Shown here: one piece after another, positions 45,977-49,694 of the stretch
Layout: every line of letters begins with the position of its first letter
How positions within the stretch are numbered: position 1 is the first letter of the stretch
Source: Candidatus Omnitrophota bacterium
GTDB taxonomy: Bacteria; Omnitrophota; Gorgyraeia; Gygaellales; Profunditerraquicolaceae
NCBI GenBank assembly: GCA_016783715.1
Contig: JADHWA010000002.1
Coordinates: forward strand, 1 to 49,694
Length of the DNA: 49,694 nt
Reading direction: 5' to 3'
Notes under the pieces: generated by a model
What the model saw: the letters and a program-made list of their open reading frames with translations, nothing else
Databases searched by the model: none
What the model was told of the DNA's origin: nothing
Translations under genes and position numbers: made by a program

Positions 45977-46180
45977 TATACTAATACACCTTTTAATTCG
46001 ATCCGGATCCGGCTACATTTGACTATCAGCCCGCTTTTTAAGCAGCTCCGTCAGAAAACCCAACTTATTCCCCTTGGGGCCCAATTTAGCCCCAAATGTG
46101 ACTAAAAAAGAAAACGCTTTCAAATACAGATCTAGGAAAAAATTCTGTCTATGTCTCCCTATCGTAATCGGAAACGGCTA

Positions 46181-48043
46181 CTATGGCAGATCAATAAACT
46201 CAGCAATGTATTTACGGATTTTTAAATTTTCCGGATCAAGCATCAATGCTTTCTTAAACTCTTCTTTAGCAGATTCTGGCTGACCAAAGAATGTATGATA
46301 GATCCATCCCAATCTAAGATGCCAATCGGCATGCGTCGGATTAAGAGCTACGGATTTTAAGTAATCCCCTTTCGCTAAAAGCGTCTTATCCAGGTCATAA
46401 GATCTAAATTGTCCTACCGTTCCATCCTGCATCTGCTCGTTATTGGCTGCTTGCTCCGCTAAGAGATCTCCTCTTTCGACATAATATTTACTATTTAAAG
46501 GACTCAGCGCTATAGCCTTATTTATCGCCTCCATACGATCATCATAATTAATCTGTTCATCGAACCCCCTACTAACCAACTCCCTCTTTTCGATCCGCTC
46601 AAAAAGAGCCTCCGCCTGATAACGCCGAAATACTAATATTTCCAAAGGTAACACCATCAAAAAAATAATAAAGAGAAGAGCTGCTTTTCCTGATAATGAG
46701 AGAGAGAATTCAAACTTAGGTACATCCAACATCTCCTGCTCCTCTTTATAATAAACGACACGGAAAGCTAGGGCCAGGACAATAAAAAATAGGAGTGTAT
46801 CTGCAGGGACATGAAATACAAAATCAAAAAAACTATGTAGGATAAAGGCAAAAAGAGAAATTATACATCCTAATGTCACGTATGACGGAAAGTGGCTTCG
46901 CCTTTTAAGCCAAATGATAAACACTGAATAGACAATCAAAACTATGAATAAAGATATGCTCACAAACCCAATTAGTCCTGTCTCACTTAAAAGTTGAATC
47001 GGCTCATTATGAGCAAAGTCATATGAAGTCTGCCAGCCTGTTGTCTTATATATCTGGGCGATTTCTCCGTAGGTCCCTAAACCGGTTCCGAAAACCGGAA
47101 AATCTCCTGCGATTTGAATTGAATCCTTTAGTATAAGCAGTCTATTCGAGTAAGCTTTAAGAGGAGTTAGCACCGACTCCAGACGTTGCAAAAAAAACGG
47201 TGCTCCGATGAGCATGACGAAAGTGATCAGAAAAACAAATAAAATGAAAAAAACCGGAATCGCCTTCTTTGCCTTTCTTCTAATATGCAGCAAAATAACA
47301 AACAGAATCAAACCTAATACGAAACATATCCGTCCAGCCCGGGAAAGGGATAAAAAAAGTCCAACCACCATCACCGAACTCATAAAGGAAAATATTGTGC
47401 GCACTGCCAAAGAAACAGTAACCGAAGACATAGCCACCCCCAGAGGAATAACTAACAACATATATGCGGCGAAATGATTCCGGTTGGAGAAAGAAGAAAA
47501 TGCCGACTCCGGGGCATAAAGCCTGGAAATAATCCCATAAAAAGCATAGATAAAACCACTGATGATTATGCAAATAAGTAGGCGCCGCTGTTTCTTTTCA
47601 GTATCAAAATAATTTAATGTTACAAAGAACACCGACAGATAACATAATACCTCCAAAAGCAACTTAATCGTAGCCTCACGGTAAATACTTATAGAAAAAA
47701 TACTTCCACCTGCTGAGGAAAAATTTCTATATAAATCAGCTGTTGCCGGAGAAATAACCGATAACAAGGTCTTCCCTAAAGGAAACAATTGAAAAATTAC
47801 TAACGCCAGAAATATAAATAGTGGCAGGTAGTTGATTTTTACCAGTGAAAAATTATCTTTTAAAAGCTGACTGAAAATAAATAAAAAAAACAACAAAAAA
47901 CTTAATGCCTGCAGGACAGAAAGCGGGAAGATCAGAACTCCACCCAATATTAGCGGGGAGAAAAGTATAAGAAAAAAGATTATCGTTTCTTGAGAAACTC
48001 GCAGAATTTTTTCGAATGAAGGCGCATTATTTACTGGCATCAC
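46181..48043 (-). CDS. O-antigen ligase (Wzy_C) family membrane protein with C-terminal TPR domain
   Basis: About 12 TM segments, a Wzy_C-type loop region, and a C-terminal soluble TPR-like tail. Confidence 0.8.
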   Translation of the reverse strand: MMPVNNAPSFEKILRVSQETIIFFLILFSPLILGGVLIFPLSVLQALSFLLFFLFIFSQLLKDNFSLVKINYLPLFIFLALVIFQLFPLGKTLLSVISPATADLYRNFSSAGGSIFSISIYREATIKLLLEVLCYLSVFFVTLNYFDTEKKQRRLLICIIISGFIYAFYGIISRLYAPESAFSSFSNRNHFAAYMLLVIPLGVAMSSVTVSLAVRTIFSFMSSVMVVGLFLSLSRAGRICFVLGLILFVILLHIRRKAKKAIPVFFILFVFLITFVMLIGAPFFLQRLESVLTPLKAYSNRLLILKDSIQIAGDFPVFGTGLGTYGEIAQIYKTTGWQTSYDFAHNEPIQLLSETGLIGFVSISLFIVLIVYSVFIIWLKRRSHFPSYVTLGCIISLFAFILHSFFDFVFHVPADTLLFFIVLALAFRVVYYKEEQEMLDVPKFEFSLSLSGKAALLFIIFLMVLPLEILVFRRYQAEALFERIEKRELVSRGFDEQINYDDRMEAINKAIALSPLNSKYYVERGDLLAEQAANNEQMQDGTVGQFRSYDLDKTLLAKGDYLKSVALNPTHADWHLRLGWIYHTFFGQPESAKEEFKKALMLDPENLKIRKYIAEFIDLP

Positions 48044-48075
48044 TCTTTCGCTATAATTTATTTTTTAACATCCCC

Positions 48076-49694
48076 CTATTTCTTTTCGCTGCTATAATGA
48101 TAATAGTAGTACTTGTCATCCTTTTCTGGGTGGATATTATTTATTACCGTACCAATAATCCTTGTTTTTGTTTCAATGATCTTCTTCTTTACAGTTAGAA
48201 CTAACTCCAAACGGGTACTCCCCCCCTTAATAACCAGCACTACTCCGTCTACGATATTGGCTAAAAGAAGTGTATCCGCCACCGAAAATCCCGGAGGGGC
48301 ATCGATGATTATCCGTTCATATTTAGAACTTAGCTCTCGAACTAAAGCTCCAATTTTAGTCGATGATAATAATTCACTTGGATTAGGAGGTATCGGCCCG
48401 GATGTAATCACTGAAAGTCCCGGCACAGGAGAGCTTTTTATAATCGCATCTAATCCTACGCTTCCGATAAGATAGGTGCTTAAACCCTCTTTGTTATCAA
48501 GATTCATATTCTTATGCAACTTTGGCCGCCGCATATCCCCGTCGATAAAAATGACTTTTTCATTCATCTGAGAGAAAATAATCGCTAAGTTCAAAGATAT
48601 AAAGCTTTTACCTTCTACTGGTATGCTAGATGTAACCAAAATACTCTTTAAGGGCTTATCTTCAGGAGAAGAGAATATTATTGATGTGCGTAGCGCTCGA
48701 AAGGATTCGGCTATTGCAGAGGTTGGTTTTTGAAAACATATGCTCGCCTTTTCTCCGTCGGTTCTAACATCCTTCCCACAAGTAGGTATATAACCCAGAA
48801 AGGGAAGGTTTATATAGTTGCTTATATCTTCGGCTGTGCGTATGCTTGAATCAAAATATTCAAGGAAAATAGCAGTTCCTATTCCGCCAAATAGAGCAAT
48901 AAGAATAGCCATAATGATAGATTGTTTCTTCTTCGGCTTGAAAGGGACATCATCCGGCTGCGCTATATCAAGAAGCTGGATAGCCGATATCTGATTCTTC
49001 TCTGCTATGCCGGTTTCTTTTGACGCCTCAAGTAAGGCCTCGTATAGATTCTGGTTTGAATCAACTTCATTCTTAAGTATATTATAATTAACCATCTTAG
49101 TGTTCAATTCGAGCATATCCACAATTTCCTGCTCGAGTTTTGCGTTTACTTCTTCGATCCGTGTCTTCAGAGAAACTGTCACCGGATGCTTGTCTTTGTA
49201 GCGCTTGAAAGCCTCTGATAACTGAATATCAAGCTCTGATTTTTTCTGTTGAAGACTCTCCGATTTTTCCTGTAACACATTCTTGTAATCTGTAGTAAGG
49301 ACAATTTTATTCTTCTGTATGTAATTATTGAGTTCTATTTCTGCTTCTTTTAATTTCTCCTTAACCTCATCCAACTGCTCACGCATCCAGCCCGAAGAGT
49401 CTCTTGCGGCCCTGTTACGCATATCAATATCATATTGTATATAACCGTTTGCATAAGCGTTGGCGATCGCAGCTGCCCTTAAAGGGTCGCCGTCGTCTGC
49501 ATGGATCAAAACTACATTAGTCCCTCTGGCATTAATAAAAGATAGCTTACTCATTAAGACGCCGACCGGATCGGTTTCTTTTCTGAAATCAGGATCCCCG
49601 GCCAGCTTTGATTCATTATATATTCTCTCCCCTAATACCCGGGAATTTAGAACCTTTAATTGTGTATCTACATCCAAAGGCGCACTGTAAGCAG
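48076..49694 (-). CDS. polysaccharide co-polymerase (Wzz) / tyrosine autokinase fusion, N-terminus outside the window
   Basis: Wzz periplasmic coiled coil, a TM, a CpsD/Etk-like P-loop (VEGKSFISLNLA, DAPPG), and a C-terminal Tyr-rich tail DDKYYYYHY. The reading frame stays open to the window end. Confidence 0.85.
   Translation of the reverse strand, partial: AYSAPLDVDTQLKVLNSRVLGERIYNESKLAGDPDFRKETDPVGVLMSKLSFINARGTNVVLIHADDGDPLRAAAIANAYANGYIQYDIDMRNRAARDSSGWMREQLDEVKEKLKEAEIELNNYIQKNKIVLTTDYKNVLQEKSESLQQKKSELDIQLSEAFKRYKDKHPVTVSLKTRIEEVNAKLEQEIVDMLELNTKMVNYNILKNEVDSNQNLYEALLEASKETGIAEKNQISAIQLLDIAQPDDVPFKPKKKQSIIMAILIALFGGIGTAIFLEYFDSSIRTAEDISNYINLPFLGYIPTCGKDVRTDGEKASICFQKPTSAIAESFRALRTSIIFSSPEDKPLKSILVTSSIPVEGKSFISLNLAIIFSQMNEKVIFIDGDMRRPKLHKNMNLDNKEGLSTYLIGSVGLDAIIKSSPVPGLSVITSGPIPPNPSELLSSTKIGALVRELSSKYERIIIDAPPGFSVADTLLLANIVDGVVLVIKGGSTRLELVLTVKKKIIETKTRIIGTVINNIHPEKDDKYYYYHYSSEKK

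Overview
This is a 49.7-kb window from a compact bacterial chromosome of diderm type, since Lpt, Mla, Lol and PagL-like genes are present. By inference only, it may come from an uncultivated candidate phylum. I call about 45 protein genes, and all but four (comF, lptF, lptG and the GGDEF gene) lie on the minus strand. The coding content is housekeeping:
- pyrE, comF, lptFG, alr
- thiL-tsaE-tsaB, mtnA
- tatD-metG-ricT-holB-tmk
- cysS-cysE-ispF-ispD-yacL-radA
- mlaDFE, clpC-mcsB-mcsA, ilvE, lolDC, lysS, htpX
- a DUF1573/DsbD-like pair, ptsN, a PagL-like gene
- HD-GYP and GGDEF c-di-GMP enzymes flanking otsBA
- the edge of an exopolysaccharide/O-antigen locus

I found no rRNA, tRNA or CRISPR array, and no recognisable defence island. 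The unusual signal is non-coding:
1. A four-copy modular hairpin element (modules A, B, C) fills stop-to-start gaps between co-directional genes. Its stems change in a compensatory way between copies, and it carries the downstream gene's Shine-Dalgarno (SD) sequence. This is my best candidate for something undescribed.
2. A GIY-YIG nuclease cassette is bracketed by imperfect inverted repeats.
3. A 128-bp triple-hairpin insertion with 10-bp direct repeats sits between a perfect consensus promoter and the lysS start codon.
4. Consensus -35/-10 promoters repeatedly sit 7-9 nt from ATG with no SD, which suggests leaderless operon heads.
5. Several smaller palindrome and motif families occur.

All calls come from reading the sequence and recognising motifs. 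No database search was run.
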